A stretch of 64,000 nucleotides of DNA from Flavobacterium sp. (GTDB taxonomy: Bacteria; Bacteroidota; Bacteroidia; Flavobacteriales; Flavobacteriaceae): NCBI RefSeq assembly GCF_027483985.1, contig NZ_JAIXTJ010000043.1, positions 1,400-65,399 on the forward strand, given 5' to 3'. The notes under the pieces were generated by a model. That model searched no databases and was not told where the DNA came from. It saw nothing but the letters and a program-made list of their open reading frames with translations. Positions 21,638-32,018 of the stretch are shown here, piece by piece. How positions within the stretch are numbered: position 1 is the stretch's first letter; the number at the start of each line of letters is the position of its first letter. The position numbers were made by a program, and so were the translations under genes.

Positions 21638-22576
21638 ATGAATCAAACTACAAATTCAATTCTGATGATTCGTCCGGTAGCGTTTAGAATGAACGAGCAA
21701 ACGGCGGTAAACAATTATTATCAAAAAGTCCTTGACGGATTAACTCCAGCAAATGTTAATGAAAAAGCGCAACAAGAGTTTGATACTTTCGTAAACAAAT
21801 TAAGAATGGTAGGTATCGAAGTGACAGTGGTTGACGATACTTTAGATCCAGATACTCCAGACAGTATTTTTCCTAACAATTGGATTTCGTTTCACGAAAA
21901 TGGTGACGTGGTTTTATATCCAATGTTTGCTGAAAATCGTCGTGCCGAAAGACGTGAAGATATTTTAGATGTTCTTGAGGCCAAAGGCTACGAAATCAAT
22001 GACGGAATTATGGATTACACTGCTGCAGAAGAAGATGGTTATTACCTTGAAGGTACGGGAAGTATTGTGCTTGACAGAGAAAACGGAAAAGCTTACTGCG
22101 CATTATCTCCAAGAGCTGACGAAGAATTATTCATAGAATTTTGCGAAGATTTCGATTTAAATCCAATCATTTTTGAAGCGTATCAAACTGTTAACGGCGA
22201 ACGAAAACTAATCTATCACACCAACGTTATGATGTGCATTGCCGATACTTTTGCCGTGATTTGTGCCGATTGTATCGATGATAAAAAAGAACGCAAAATG
22301 GTTCTAGACAGTCTTCGTTCTGACGAAAAAGAAATTATTTTGATTACAGAAGATCAAATGAACAACTTTGCAGGAAACATGTTAGAATTGCAAGGTGCAG
22401 ATGAAAGAAGGTATTTAATTATGAGTTCATCAGCTTATAATGCCTTAACCAAAAAACAAATCGCACAACTTGAAGAACATATCACAATTCTTCATTCCAG
22501 CCTAGATACTATTGAAGCTTGCGGTGGCGGAAGCGCTAGATGCATGATGGCTGAAGTTTTTCTTCCAAGAAAGTAG
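21638..22576 (+). CDS. ctlX: Citrulline utilization hydrolase CtlX-like
   Basis: MIRPVAF, TPDSIFPNNWISFH, LEGTGSIVLDR, YHTNVMM, GGGSARCMMAEVF. Confidence 0.88.
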   Translation: MNQTTNSILMIRPVAFRMNEQTAVNNYYQKVLDGLTPANVNEKAQQEFDTFVNKLRMVGIEVTVVDDTLDPDTPDSIFPNNWISFHENGDVVLYPMFAENRRAERREDILDVLEAKGYEINDGIMDYTAAEEDGYYLEGTGSIVLDRENGKAYCALSPRADEELFIEFCEDFDLNPIIFEAYQTVNGERKLIYHTNVMMCIADTFAVICADCIDDKKERKMVLDSLRSDEKEIILITEDQMNNFAGNMLELQGADERRYLIMSSSAYNALTKKQIAQLEEHITILHSSLDTIEACGGGSARCMMAEVFLPRK

Positions 22577-22580
22577 TTTT

Positions 22581-22604
22581 GTCACATTAAGCGCAGTCAA
22601 AGTG
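22581..22604. repeat. Degenerate REP-like palindromic unit
   Basis: GTCACATTAAGCGCAGTCAAAGT matches 16/23 positions of the 23841 copy; 4 nt after the ctlX stop. Confidence 0.55.
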
Positions 22605-22613
22605 CTTTTTAAC

Positions 22614-22658
22614 TTCCAAATTCCAATATAATTACAATTGGAATTTGGAATTTTTTTT
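22614..22658 (+). terminator. Terminator built from heptamers
   Basis: TTCCAAA TTCCAAT / ATTGGAA TTTGGAA stem followed by T8. Confidence 0.75.
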
Positions 22659-22671
22659 ATTGGAATTTCAC

Positions 22672-23307
22672 TTATATTCCTCTTATAATACTCAAGACTG
22701 CACTAATAATATACTGAATACCAATAGCAACAGTCAAGAATCCTACAATTCTCGAAATTGCTACAATTCCAGAAGCTCCTAAATATTTAGCAAGATAATG
22801 AGCACTTCGCAAAACTAAAAATATTAGAAACGAAACTACCAATATTGAAAGTGTCGACGATAAAATTTCAGGTGTAGTTTTATGATCTTGGTTAAAAGCA
22901 ATCAATAAAGAAATCGATCCTGGGCCAGCCAACATTGGCATAGCAAGCGGCGTTAAAGCAATTGAGGTTCTACTTTGCAAATCTTCTTCCACTTCTTTGC
23001 TGATACCTTTTCTTTTCTTCGGATTTGCATTTAGTAAACCAAAACCCGAACTCGCAATCAAAATTCCACCAGCTATTCGCAAGGCCGAGATTGTAATTCC
23101 AAAAAAGCTTAATACATATTCACCAACAAAAAACGAAATTATTAAAATGATACAAACGTTAATAGCGGCCATTAAAGAAACACGTGAACGTTCGACTTTG
23201 GTATAATCTTGTGTTAAACCCACAAAAAAGGGAATTGCGCCAATAGGATTTAGTACCGAAAATAAAGCACCAAGCAAAACAAAAAAAGTATTCAAGAAGA
23301 TGTCCAT
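22672..23307 (-). CDS. marC: MarC-family integral membrane protein
   Basis: LFSVLNPIGAIP, ALRIAGGIL, PLAMPMLAGPGSI; TATCTTTG -7 element on the minus strand at 23332-23339. Confidence 0.92.
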   Translation of the reverse strand: MDIFLNTFFVLLGALFSVLNPIGAIPFFVGLTQDYTKVERSRVSLMAAINVCIILIISFFVGEYVLSFFGITISALRIAGGILIASSGFGLLNANPKKRKGISKEVEEDLQSRTSIALTPLAMPMLAGPGSISLLIAFNQDHKTTPEILSSTLSILVVSFLIFLVLRSAHYLAKYLGASGIVAISRIVGFLTVAIGIQYIISAVLSIIRGI

Positions 23308-23473
23308 TCTTAAAGAGGTTTAAATTTTCGACAAAGATAAATAAAGAATTATGCCTAAAGTTAAAATAAAGACAATTATCCGTAATTTTGTCAAATGAAA
23401 TCGCCACGAACCTAACTTTTGTTTAAAACAAATTTCAAATACGGTGATGCTATAAAAAACAACTTCTACATTT

Positions 23474-23839
23474 ATGAAAAATAAGAAAACACTAGTTCTT
23501 GGTGCTTCCACCAAACCTGAAAGATATGCTTTTAAAGCCATAACAATGCTGGTTGATAAAGGTCATTCCGTTTTAGCAATTGGTCAAAATCAAGGAGAAG
23601 TTGCCGGAGTTTCCATCCGAACCAAAAATATTCCACTTAACAATATCGATACGGTTACATTGTATTTGAACCCGATACGTCAACGCGATTATTATAATTA
23701 CATTATCGAAACCAAACCTAAACGAGTAGTTTTCAATCCAGGAACCGAAAATCCAGAGTTTTATCAGTTACTTAAAGCCAATTCTATCAAAGTGGAAGAA
23801 GCTTGCACCTTGGTTTTATTGACAACTAATCAATATTAA
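23474..23839 (+). CDS. CoA-binding protein (YccU-like)
   Basis: KTLVLGASTKPERYA, VVFNPGTEN, ACTLVLL. Confidence 0.88.
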   Translation: MKNKKTLVLGASTKPERYAFKAITMLVDKGHSVLAIGQNQGEVAGVSIRTKNIPLNNIDTVTLYLNPIRQRDYYNYIIETKPKRVVFNPGTENPEFYQLLKANSIKVEEACTLVLLTTNQY

Positions 23840-23840
23840 T

Positions 23841-23863
23841 GTCAGACTGAGCTTTGTCGAAGT
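23841..23863 (-). repeat. REP-like unit
   Basis: Reverse complement ACTTCGACAAAGCTCAGTCTGAC matches the 23-bp units at 61759-61845. Confidence 0.7.
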
Positions 23864-23994
23864 TAGGAGCGAGTGGCTCGGGACTTATCAGTGAAGGTAA
23901 TTCCTGCTTTTCGTTCTACTTCGTGCCACTTCAATCAGGGCTAGTGAGGTTTCCATTTTAATTTTTGTTCAAAAATCTACAGCGAGTTCTAGTT

Positions 23995-25512
23995 CTAAAA
24001 CTTCGTTTGGCTAGTGGCAGGTTTGCTAATTGCCAATAATCCAATAAAAGTAATTAATCCGTTAACGATAATTAATTCGTTATCAATAACGTAATCGCCC
24101 AAAAGTGCCGCAGAATTTTGAGAAATCAAAAAACATATTGCAGGAGAAATCAAACAAATTAGTGGAACCAATTTATCGTGAACGGTTTTGGATTTAACAA
24201 ACAAACCAAAAGCATACAATCCTAATAATGGACCGTAAGTGTAAGTAGCAATTTTAAAAACCATTTTCACAACCGAATCGTCATTGATGGCATTGAAAAT
24301 GATAATCACCACAAACATCAAAACAGAAAATCCTACGTGAACCCAATGGCGCGTTTGAACCATTTTTTTATCATCTGATAACTGCTGATTGCTGTCCGTT
24401 GATTGCTTTTTGTCCATTCCAAGAAAATCTACACAAAACGATGTAGTTAATGCGGTTAACGCACTATCAGTAGTTGCAAATGTTGCCGCTGTCAATCCTA
24501 ACAAAAACACTATTGTCGGTATAATACTCAAATGATTTATAGCAATTTCAGGAAAAAGTAAATCAGTTCTAGCCACATCATTCACCATCGGAACTTGTAT
24601 TCCGTTTTTCTGTGCATAGATGTACAATAACGCACCAACACTCAAGAAAAAGATATTTATTAAAACAAAAACACCTGTGAAAGTAAACATATTTTTTTGT
24701 GCTTCACCAATGTTTTTGCAACTCAAATTTTTCTGCATTAAATCTTGATCTAATCCTACTGTGGCAATAGTTACAAAAATTCCACCCAAAATTTGTTTCC
24801 AAAAATAAGTGCCTTTCAAATAATCTTCAAAGAAAAATACTTTAGAATAATTGCTGTTTTTTACCTCTTCAAAAGCTTCGATTATTCCAAAATCTAAACT
24901 TCTACAAACAAAAAATATCGTTAAGAATACCGACGAAATTAAGAAAAAAGTTTGTAGTGTGTCAGTGATAATTATGGTTTTTAATCCACCGCGATAGGTG
25001 TAGGCAAAAATCAATCCGAGCGAGATTAAAACGGTAATTGCAAACGGAATTTCTAATGCGTCGAAAACATATTTTTGTAAAACAAAAACCACTAAATACA
25101 ACCTAAAAGCCGACCCAATTGTTCTTCCAATTAAGAAAATTGTTGCAGCAGTTTTGTAACTCACCACACCAAGTCGCTGCTCGATATAACCATAGATTGA
25201 AGTCAAATTCATTCGATAATACAACGGAAGTAAAACTTTGGCAACAATTATAAATCCGATGGCGCAACCTATTACAAATTGAAAATATTTAAACTGCAGA
25301 TCAGGATTTCCAACCTCGCCAGGAACGGAAATGAAAGTGATTCCAGAAATTGCTGTACCAATCATTCCAAAGGCTACTAAATACCATTTTGAATTTTTGT
25401 TGGCCTTAAAAAAAGTATCATTATCAGTACTTTTTCTACTAACAACATTTGATATAAAAATTAATAATCCGAAGTAAACTACAATTAAAATTAGAATGGC
25501 TATTGGCGACAT
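23995..25512 (-). CDS. Sodium:solute symporter family transporter
   Basis: FGMIGTAISGITFISVPG, GLDQDLMQKNLSC, many TM helices; start placed at MSPIAIL. Confidence 0.9.
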   Translation of the reverse strand: MSPIAILILIVVYFGLLIFISNVVSRKSTDNDTFFKANKNSKWYLVAFGMIGTAISGITFISVPGEVGNPDLQFKYFQFVIGCAIGFIIVAKVLLPLYYRMNLTSIYGYIEQRLGVVSYKTAATIFLIGRTIGSAFRLYLVVFVLQKYVFDALEIPFAITVLISLGLIFAYTYRGGLKTIIITDTLQTFFLISSVFLTIFFVCRSLDFGIIEAFEEVKNSNYSKVFFFEDYLKGTYFWKQILGGIFVTIATVGLDQDLMQKNLSCKNIGEAQKNMFTFTGVFVLINIFFLSVGALLYIYAQKNGIQVPMVNDVARTDLLFPEIAINHLSIIPTIVFLLGLTAATFATTDSALTALTTSFCVDFLGMDKKQSTDSNQQLSDDKKMVQTRHWVHVGFSVLMFVVIIIFNAINDDSVVKMVFKIATYTYGPLLGLYAFGLFVKSKTVHDKLVPLICLISPAICFLISQNSAALLGDYVIDNELIIVNGLITFIGLLAISKPATSQTKF

Positions 25513-25562
25513 AAATGGTTTTTTTGTTTGCGCTAAAATATAAATATTTGAGAACATTGAGT

Positions 25563-25640
25563 ATAGAAAATAGAAAAAAGACATAATATAGAATTCTTAA
25601 TAAACTTTCTATATTCTATGCTCTTTTTTCTATTCTCTTT
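25563..25640. repeat. Imperfect inverted repeat (about 31-bp arms) of ATAGAA-type units between divergent genes
   Basis: ATAGAAAATAGAAAAAAGACATAATATAGAA versus TTCTATATTCTATGCTCTTTTTTCTATTCTCT, 13-nt loop. Confidence 0.75.
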
Positions 25641-25663
25641 TTAAAAAATACTACTTTTGCCAA

Positions 25664-26284
25664 ATGGAATTTTCATCTAAACTTCTCGAAAAAGCGGTTA
25701 ACGAAATGGCGCAATTGCCCGGAATTGGCAAACGAACTGCCTTGCGATTAGTGCTTCATTTGTTGAAACAACCAAGTGAGCAAACTCATTTTTTATCGCA
25801 AGCATTAACCACAATGCGCGATGAGATTAAATTCTGTAAAAATTGCCACAATATTTCCGATGTAGATGTTTGCGAAATTTGCGCAAATGCATCAAGAAAC
25901 CACAAAATAATTTGTGTTGTTGAAGATGTTCGCGATGTAATGGCTATTGAAAACACCAATCAATTTAAGGGAGTTTATCACGTTCTTGGTGGTAAAATAT
26001 CGCCAATTGATGGCGTTGGACCAAGTCAATTGAATATCAATTCGTTAGTTGAAAAAGTAAAATTGGGAGCGATTGAAGAGATTATTTTTGCATTAAGCTC
26101 TACAATGGAAGGCGATACTACCAATTTTTTTATTTTCAAACAGCTTAAAGATTACAATATAAAAACCTCTACAATTGCAAGAGGAATTGCGGTTGGCGAC
26201 GAATTAGAGTATGCCGATGAGGTCACTTTGGGACGAAGTATTCTGCAACGAGTTCCTTTTGAAAATTCACTTAAAAATAATTAG
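25664..26284 (+). CDS. recR: Recombination mediator RecR
   Basis: [18 protein letters not shown]...CEIC zinc finger, Toprim YHVLGG, EGDTT; TACTTTTG -7 element at 25652-25659. Confidence 0.98.
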   Translation: MEFSSKLLEKAVNEMAQLPGIGKRTALRLVLHLLKQPSEQTHFLSQALTTMRDEIKFCKNCHNISDVDVCEICANASRNHKIICVVEDVRDVMAIENTNQFKGVYHVLGGKISPIDGVGPSQLNINSLVEKVKLGAIEEIIFALSSTMEGDTTNFFIFKQLKDYNIKTSTIARGIAVGDELEYADEVTLGRSILQRVPFENSLKNN

Positions 26285-26356
26285 TTAATATTCTATTCTA
26301 ACTTTTTTGTTTTTACATTTGAAAAACTATCTTTGTTTGCTAAATTACTTTTGATA

Positions 26357-27142
26357 ATGAATTGTAGAATTTTATATATATTATTTTTCGTAAGCGTTTT
26401 TCTTACATCTTGTGTACCAACAAAGGATTTAATTTATCTACAAGATAAAGGAAATTCTACTACTGCAAATGTTGTAGAATCTACCAATAAACCTTATCGT
26501 TTGCAAACTAATGACGTGCTTAGCATCACTATAAAAGCACTAGATGAGCGTTTGGTTGAGATGTTTAGTACTACAAGCAAAACGCAATTATCTCCAACAA
26601 TTGAATCTTTATTTTTTAATGGTTACACAGTTGATGATCACGGAAACATCCGAATTCCGGTTTTGGGCGAGGTAAATGTACTTGGCTTTACTGCCGAAGA
26701 AGTGAGAATTAAGGTAGAACAACGATTGTTAGATGAATATTTCAAGGCAACTGCTCAATTGTTTGTGAGTGTTAAACTTGCCGGATTTAGATATACTGTA
26801 AATGGTGAAGTTGGTACTCCTGGTACTAAAGTTTTATATCAAGAAAAGGTAAGCGTATTAGAAGCCATTGCTAATTCAGGTGATATTACAGTTACCGGTG
26901 ATCGAAAAGATGTTGTGGTTATTCGACAATTTCCGCAAGGTGCAGAGACTTTCAAAATTGATTTGACTGATAAGAATGCAATGAAGTCAGCGGTTTATTA
27001 TTTACAGCCTAACGATTATATCTATGTTAAGCCATTGAAACAAAAAACTTGGGGTACAGGAAAAACTGGAATAGAATCTTTGGGTACTATTATTACCATC
27101 TTATCGCTGGCAACCACCACTTTTTTATTACTTAAAAACTAA
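26357..27142 (+). CDS. wza: Polysaccharide export lipoprotein
   Basis: Lipobox LTSC, YRLQTNDVLSI, GNIRIPVLGEV, SLBB domain, LQPNDYIYV. Confidence 0.9.
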   Translation: MNCRILYILFFVSVFLTSCVPTKDLIYLQDKGNSTTANVVESTNKPYRLQTNDVLSITIKALDERLVEMFSTTSKTQLSPTIESLFFNGYTVDDHGNIRIPVLGEVNVLGFTAEEVRIKVEQRLLDEYFKATAQLFVSVKLAGFRYTVNGEVGTPGTKVLYQEKVSVLEAIANSGDITVTGDRKDVVVIRQFPQGAETFKIDLTDKNAMKSAVYYLQPNDYIYVKPLKQKTWGTGKTGIESLGTIITILSLATTTFLLLKN

Positions 27143-27153
27143 AATAACCAATA

Positions 27154-29616
27154 ATGTTAGATATAAAAGATTTTTCTTTTTTTGAAAACCAAAACAGCTT
27201 TGACTTTAAAGGTTTTTTAATAAAAACGGGTAGTTATTGGAAGTGGTTTATATTGGGTTTAGCAATTTCTTTGGGTATTGCTTATCAAATAAATATTAGA
27301 AAACAAAAGATTTATTCTCTTGAAACTACTATTGCTGTTAAAGAACAAGAAAACCCATTATTTACTTCAAATACCAGTTTAGTTTTTAATTGGGGCGGAA
27401 CATCCGATCAAGTTCAAACTATTGCTACGACATTAAAATCGCGTTCGCATAACGAGTTGGTTGTAGATAAACTAGATTTTTTTATTGACTATCAGCAAGA
27501 ACAAAAGTATTATACCAAGGATATTTATGGTGAAACACCGTTTTTAATTAAAATTGACAAAAGTAAAAATCAGTTACTTGGAACACCAATTGAAATAGAT
27601 TTTAAATCGCCTACAGAATACCAAATTAAAATCAATTTCAAGTCTAATTCTGCTGCAGTTATTAATTATAATACCAATACAAGAGACGCACAATCTGTGG
27701 TGAGTGGTGATTTTATAAAACGATTTAAAGTCGGACAACGAGTAGCGCTTCCATTCCTTAATATGGTTCTTGAAATCAAAGAGAATCCAGGTAATTATAC
27801 CAATCAAAAGTTCATTGTTAAAATGAATTCATTTGATGATGTAGTTTCAAATTATAAAAACGTAAAGGTTCTTATTGACGAAAAAGCTGGTTCTATCTTA
27901 AAGTTATCTATGCAAGGAACTAACAAAGCTAGAATAGTTGATTATCTTAACGCTACTGTTAGAATGTTAATGAAAAAGCAATTAGAAAGTAAAAATTTAT
28001 TTGCTGAAAATACCATTAAATACATTGATACTACTTTAGCGTTGATGGAAGGTGATCTGAAAGATTCCAATAATGAATTGAAAGATTTTAGCAGAAATAA
28101 GAATATTGTTGAAATAGAGAAAAGAGGAGAAAATTATCAAACTCAAATTCAAGAGTTAGATATTACCAAAGATGACATTGATAGAAAAATTAATTATTAT
28201 AATTCATTAAATAATTATCTAAGAAACAGTACTGATTATTCTAAACTTCCTGCGCCTTCTGTAGCGGGAATTGAAGAGCCAAATATTTTAAGAAATGTAT
28301 CTGATTTGATTTCGCTTTCAGTTAGAAGGTCTGAAATGGCTTATTCTGTAAAAAGCGAATTAATGTTCAATACTATTGATAACGAGATTTCGGCTGTAAA
28401 AAGAGTTTTATTAGAAAATATTGCTACTGCTAAAGCTGCTATTCAATTTGAATCTAATCAAGTTAGAAGTAAGATAAGTCAGGCCGAAAATAATATTAGA
28501 CTTTTACCCGAAGATAGTCAAAATTATCTCAAAATAATGAGGAAATTTAATCTTAGTAACAGTGTGATTGATGCTTATTTACAAAAACGTAATGAGGCTC
28601 AAATTGTTAAGGCAGCTAACTTATCAGACATTCAATTTATCGATCCTGCAAAAGATATTGGTGGTGGTTTGATTGGTCCAAGAACAGGCGTTAATTATGT
28701 TATTGCTATTTTCACCGGATTGATTATTCCGTTGTTGATTGTGTTCTTAATCTTTTTTATCAACAACGCCATTCAAAATACAGATGATATTAATTCCTTG
28801 ACAAATATTCCTTTAATAGGAGTTGTTGGAATGAAGCATTCTGATACCAATTTAGCCGTTTTTGAAAAACCAAAGTCAGCTTTATCCGAGTCTTTTCGAG
28901 CCATTCGATCGTCGCTCCAATTTTTGTATAAAAAGCAAAAAGTTTCAGGTAGTAAAGTGCTAATGCTTACGTCGTCAGTCAGTGGTGAAGGAAAAACTTT
29001 TTGTTCTATTAATATTGCCACAGTATTTGCTTTAAGCGAAAAGAAAACGGTTATAGTTGGTTTAGATTTAAGAAAACCGAAAATTTTTGACGATTTTAAT
29101 CTTAAAAATAATATTGGTGCCGTAAATTATTTAATCGGTCAATCAACTTTAGAAGAAGTAACCCAAAGTACTAAAATTCCTTATTTAGATGTAATCACAT
29201 CAGGTCCAATTCCACCTAATCCATCCGAATTAATTATGGGTGAAACGATGAGTGAGTTTATGGACGAATTAAAAAACAAATATGATTACGTAATTTTAGA
29301 TACACCTCCAGTTGGACTAGTAACAGATGCAGTAGAACTTTCAAGCTATGTTGATGTTACGCTGTATGTCACTCGTCAAAATTTCACTAAAAAAGAAATG
29401 ATTAACTTATTAAACAATAGAGTTAAGAGAGAAGAATTACACAATGTAAGTATCATCTTAAATGGCTTCCAAAATAAAGCCAAATATGGTGCTGGATATG
29501 GTTATGGATACGGTTATGGATATGGCGCCTATTCTAATGGGTATCACGAAGAAGAGGTTTCTAATAACATTTTGGTTAAGTGGTATAATGCCATCTTTAA
29601 AAAGAAAAACTCATAA
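27154..29616 (+). CDS. wzc: Polysaccharide co-polymerase / tyrosine autokinase
   Basis: Two TM segments, Walker A SVSGEGKT, DLRKP, ILDTPP, C-terminal GY cluster. Confidence 0.93.
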   Translation: MLDIKDFSFFENQNSFDFKGFLIKTGSYWKWFILGLAISLGIAYQINIRKQKIYSLETTIAVKEQENPLFTSNTSLVFNWGGTSDQVQTIATTLKSRSHNELVVDKLDFFIDYQQEQKYYTKDIYGETPFLIKIDKSKNQLLGTPIEIDFKSPTEYQIKINFKSNSAAVINYNTNTRDAQSVVSGDFIKRFKVGQRVALPFLNMVLEIKENPGNYTNQKFIVKMNSFDDVVSNYKNVKVLIDEKAGSILKLSMQGTNKARIVDYLNATVRMLMKKQLESKNLFAENTIKYIDTTLALMEGDLKDSNNELKDFSRNKNIVEIEKRGENYQTQIQELDITKDDIDRKINYYNSLNNYLRNSTDYSKLPAPSVAGIEEPNILRNVSDLISLSVRRSEMAYSVKSELMFNTIDNEISAVKRVLLENIATAKAAIQFESNQVRSKISQAENNIRLLPEDSQNYLKIMRKFNLSNSVIDAYLQKRNEAQIVKAANLSDIQFIDPAKDIGGGLIGPRTGVNYVIAIFTGLIIPLLIVFLIFFINNAIQNTDDINSLTNIPLIGVVGMKHSDTNLAVFEKPKSALSESFRAIRSSLQFLYKKQKVSGSKVLMLTSSVSGEGKTFCSINIATVFALSEKKTVIVGLDLRKPKIFDDFNLKNNIGAVNYLIGQSTLEEVTQSTKIPYLDVITSGPIPPNPSELIMGETMSEFMDELKNKYDYVILDTPPVGLVTDAVELSSYVDVTLYVTRQNFTKKEMINLLNNRVKREELHNVSIILNGFQNKAKYGAGYGYGYGYGYGAYSNGYHEEEVSNNILVKWYNAIFKKKNS

Positions 29617-30594
29617 ATGGAAGTTGTCAAGAAAATACTAATAACAGGTGGTGCTGGTTTTATTGGATCTAATTTATGTGAGTACTTTGTTTCTAAAGAT
29701 TATCACGTAACTTGTTTGGATAACTTTTCTACGGGTCATAAAAAGAATATTGAGCATTTATTACATAAGGATAACTTTTCTTTGATAGAAGGTGATATTA
29801 GAAATTTAGAAACTTGTATGCAAGCCACAAAAGACAAAGATTTTGTGCTTCATCAGGCAGCATTGGGTTCGGTGCCACGTTCTATTCAAGATCCTATTGC
29901 TAGTAATGAAGTTAATGTTTCTGGGTTTTTGAATATGTTGGTTGCTTCACGCGATAATGGAGTTAAACGAATTATTTATGCGGCGAGTTCATCAACTTAT
30001 GGGGATTCTGAGGTGTTGCCTAAAGTGGAAGAGGTGATTGGTAAACCGCTGTCGCCTTATGCTATTACTAAATATGTTAATGAATTGTATGCTGACATTT
30101 TTAGTAAAACTTATGGATTAGAAACTATCGGATTGAGGTATTTTAATGTTTTTGGAAGACGTCAAGATCCTAATGGAGCTTATGCTGCTGTGATTCCTAA
30201 GTTTGTTATGCAGTTGATGAAGAATGAGAGTCCGGTAATTAATGGTGATGGCAGTTATTCTAGAGATTTCACTTATATTGATAATGTGATTCAAATGAAT
30301 GAGTTGGCTATGACTACTGACAATAAAGAGGCTTTAAATACAATATATAATACGGCTTTTGGCGATCGTGTCACTTTGAATGATATGGTTGGTTTGTTGA
30401 AAAAGTATTTATCTAAATATGATGCGTCTATTGCTGAGGTTGCGGTGACTTATGGTCCGGAGCGCGTTGGTGATATTCCTCATTCCTTGGCTAGTGTTGA
30501 AAAAGCAAAACGATTACTAAATTATAATCCAAAATACTCCTTTTCATTGGGCTTAGAGGAAGCGGTGAAATGGTATTGGGAACATTTAAAATAA
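29617..30594 (+). CDS. UDP-GlcNAc(A) 4-epimerase (WbpP/TviC-like SDR)
   Basis: GGAGFIGS, HQAALGSVPRS, YAITK, YFNVFG, GAYAAVIPKF. Confidence 0.88.
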   Translation: MEVVKKILITGGAGFIGSNLCEYFVSKDYHVTCLDNFSTGHKKNIEHLLHKDNFSLIEGDIRNLETCMQATKDKDFVLHQAALGSVPRSIQDPIASNEVNVSGFLNMLVASRDNGVKRIIYAASSSTYGDSEVLPKVEEVIGKPLSPYAITKYVNELYADIFSKTYGLETIGLRYFNVFGRRQDPNGAYAAVIPKFVMQLMKNESPVINGDGSYSRDFTYIDNVIQMNELAMTTDNKEALNTIYNTAFGDRVTLNDMVGLLKKYLSKYDASIAEVAVTYGPERVGDIPHSLASVEKAKRLLNYNPKYSFSLGLEEAVKWYWEHLK

Positions 30595-30600
30595 AATAGA

Positions 30601-31992
30601 ATGAAAATTACAAATATTTGCTGCATCGGAGCAGGTTATGTGGGTGGACCAACTATGGCGGTTATCGCTCAAAAGTGTCCACATATTAAGGTAACTGTAG
30701 TTGATTTGAACGAAGAGCGCATCGCTAGATGGAATGATGACGATGTTGATAACATTCCAGTTTATGAGCCAGGTCTTGGAGCTATTGTTGCGCATTCACG
30801 CGGGAAAAATCTTTTCTTTTCAACTGAAGTAGATAAGGCTATTGACGAAGCTCAAGTTATTTTTATTTCGGTTAATACGCCTACTAAAACTTATGGTTCT
30901 GGAAAGGGTATGGCTGCAGATTTGAAGTATATTGAATTGTGTGCTAGACAAATTGCACGCGTTTCAAAAACGGATAAAATTGTTGTTGAGAAATCAACAT
31001 TGCCTGTTAGAACAGCTGAGGCTATTAAGAGTATTTTAGATAATACTGGTAATGGTGTTCAATTTCAAATATTGTCTAATCCTGAATTTTTGGCAGAAGG
31101 TACAGCTGTAGAAGATTTGCTGGCGCCAGACCGTGTTTTAATTGGTGGTGATACTGATGAAGAAGGTCAAAAAGCTATTCAAGCACTGGTAGATGTTTAT
31201 GCTAATTGGGTTCCGAAGGATCGTATTTTGACTACTAATGTTTGGTCGTCGGAGTTGTCTAAGCTTACGGCTAATGCTTTTTTAGCACAACGTGTTTCGT
31301 CTATTAATGCGATGTCGGAATTATGCGAAAAAACAGGCGCTAATGTAAATGAAGTTGCAAGAGCTATCGGAATGGATAGTAGAATTGGACCTAAATTTTT
31401 AAAAGCCTCTGTAGGTTTTGGAGGGTCTTGTTTTCAAAAAGATATTTTGAATTTAGTTTATATTTCAAAGTCGTTCGGGTTGCATGAAGTTGCTGACTAT
31501 TGGGAGCAAGTAATCATTATGAACGATCACCAAAAAAGAAGGTTTTCTAAAAATATTGTAAGTACGTTGTACAACACTATTGCCGATAAAAAGATTACCT
31601 TTTTAGGTTGGGCATTTAAGAAAGATACTAATGATACAAGAGAATCTGCTGCTATTTATGTGGCTGATGATTTGATAAATGAGCAAGCTAATATTGCTGT
31701 TTATGATCCGAAGGTGGCTTATAAACAAGTGATTTCTGATTTGAATTACCTTGAAACACGTTCAGAAGATCAAAATAAAAAGCACGTAACTTCTTTTAGT
31801 GATGTTTATGAGGCTTGTGCGAATTCGCACGCTATTGCGGTATTAACCGAGTGGGATGAGTTCAAAAATTATGATTGGCAGAAGATTTATGATGGAATGA
31901 AAAAGCCGGCGTTTGTTTTTGACGGAAGAAATTTACTAGATTCAGAAAAAATTAGAGCTATCGGTTTTATTTACCAAGAAATTGGTTCCTAA
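30601..31992 (+). CDS. ugd: UDP-glucose 6-dehydrogenase
   Basis: [33 protein letters not shown]. Confidence 0.92.
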   Translation: MKITNICCIGAGYVGGPTMAVIAQKCPHIKVTVVDLNEERIARWNDDDVDNIPVYEPGLGAIVAHSRGKNLFFSTEVDKAIDEAQVIFISVNTPTKTYGSGKGMAADLKYIELCARQIARVSKTDKIVVEKSTLPVRTAEAIKSILDNTGNGVQFQILSNPEFLAEGTAVEDLLAPDRVLIGGDTDEEGQKAIQALVDVYANWVPKDRILTTNVWSSELSKLTANAFLAQRVSSINAMSELCEKTGANVNEVARAIGMDSRIGPKFLKASVGFGGSCFQKDILNLVYISKSFGLHEVADYWEQVIIMNDHQKRRFSKNIVSTLYNTIADKKITFLGWAFKKDTNDTRESAAIYVADDLINEQANIAVYDPKVAYKQVISDLNYLETRSEDQNKKHVTSFSDVYEACANSHAIAVLTEWDEFKNYDWQKIYDGMKKPAFVFDGRNLLDSEKIRAIGFIYQEIGS

Positions 31993-32018
31993 ATTTTAAT
32001 AATTAAAACTACTTTTAG

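Noticed and set aside
29480-29545. GGATATGGTTAT-type DNA repeats in wzc
   Set aside because: They encode the normal tyrosine autophosphorylation cluster.
25000-31000. Replication origin or terminus as the cause of the composition shift
   Set aside because: No dif-like site, DnaA-box cluster or origin-linked genes were recognised; left open pending whole-genome skew analysis.
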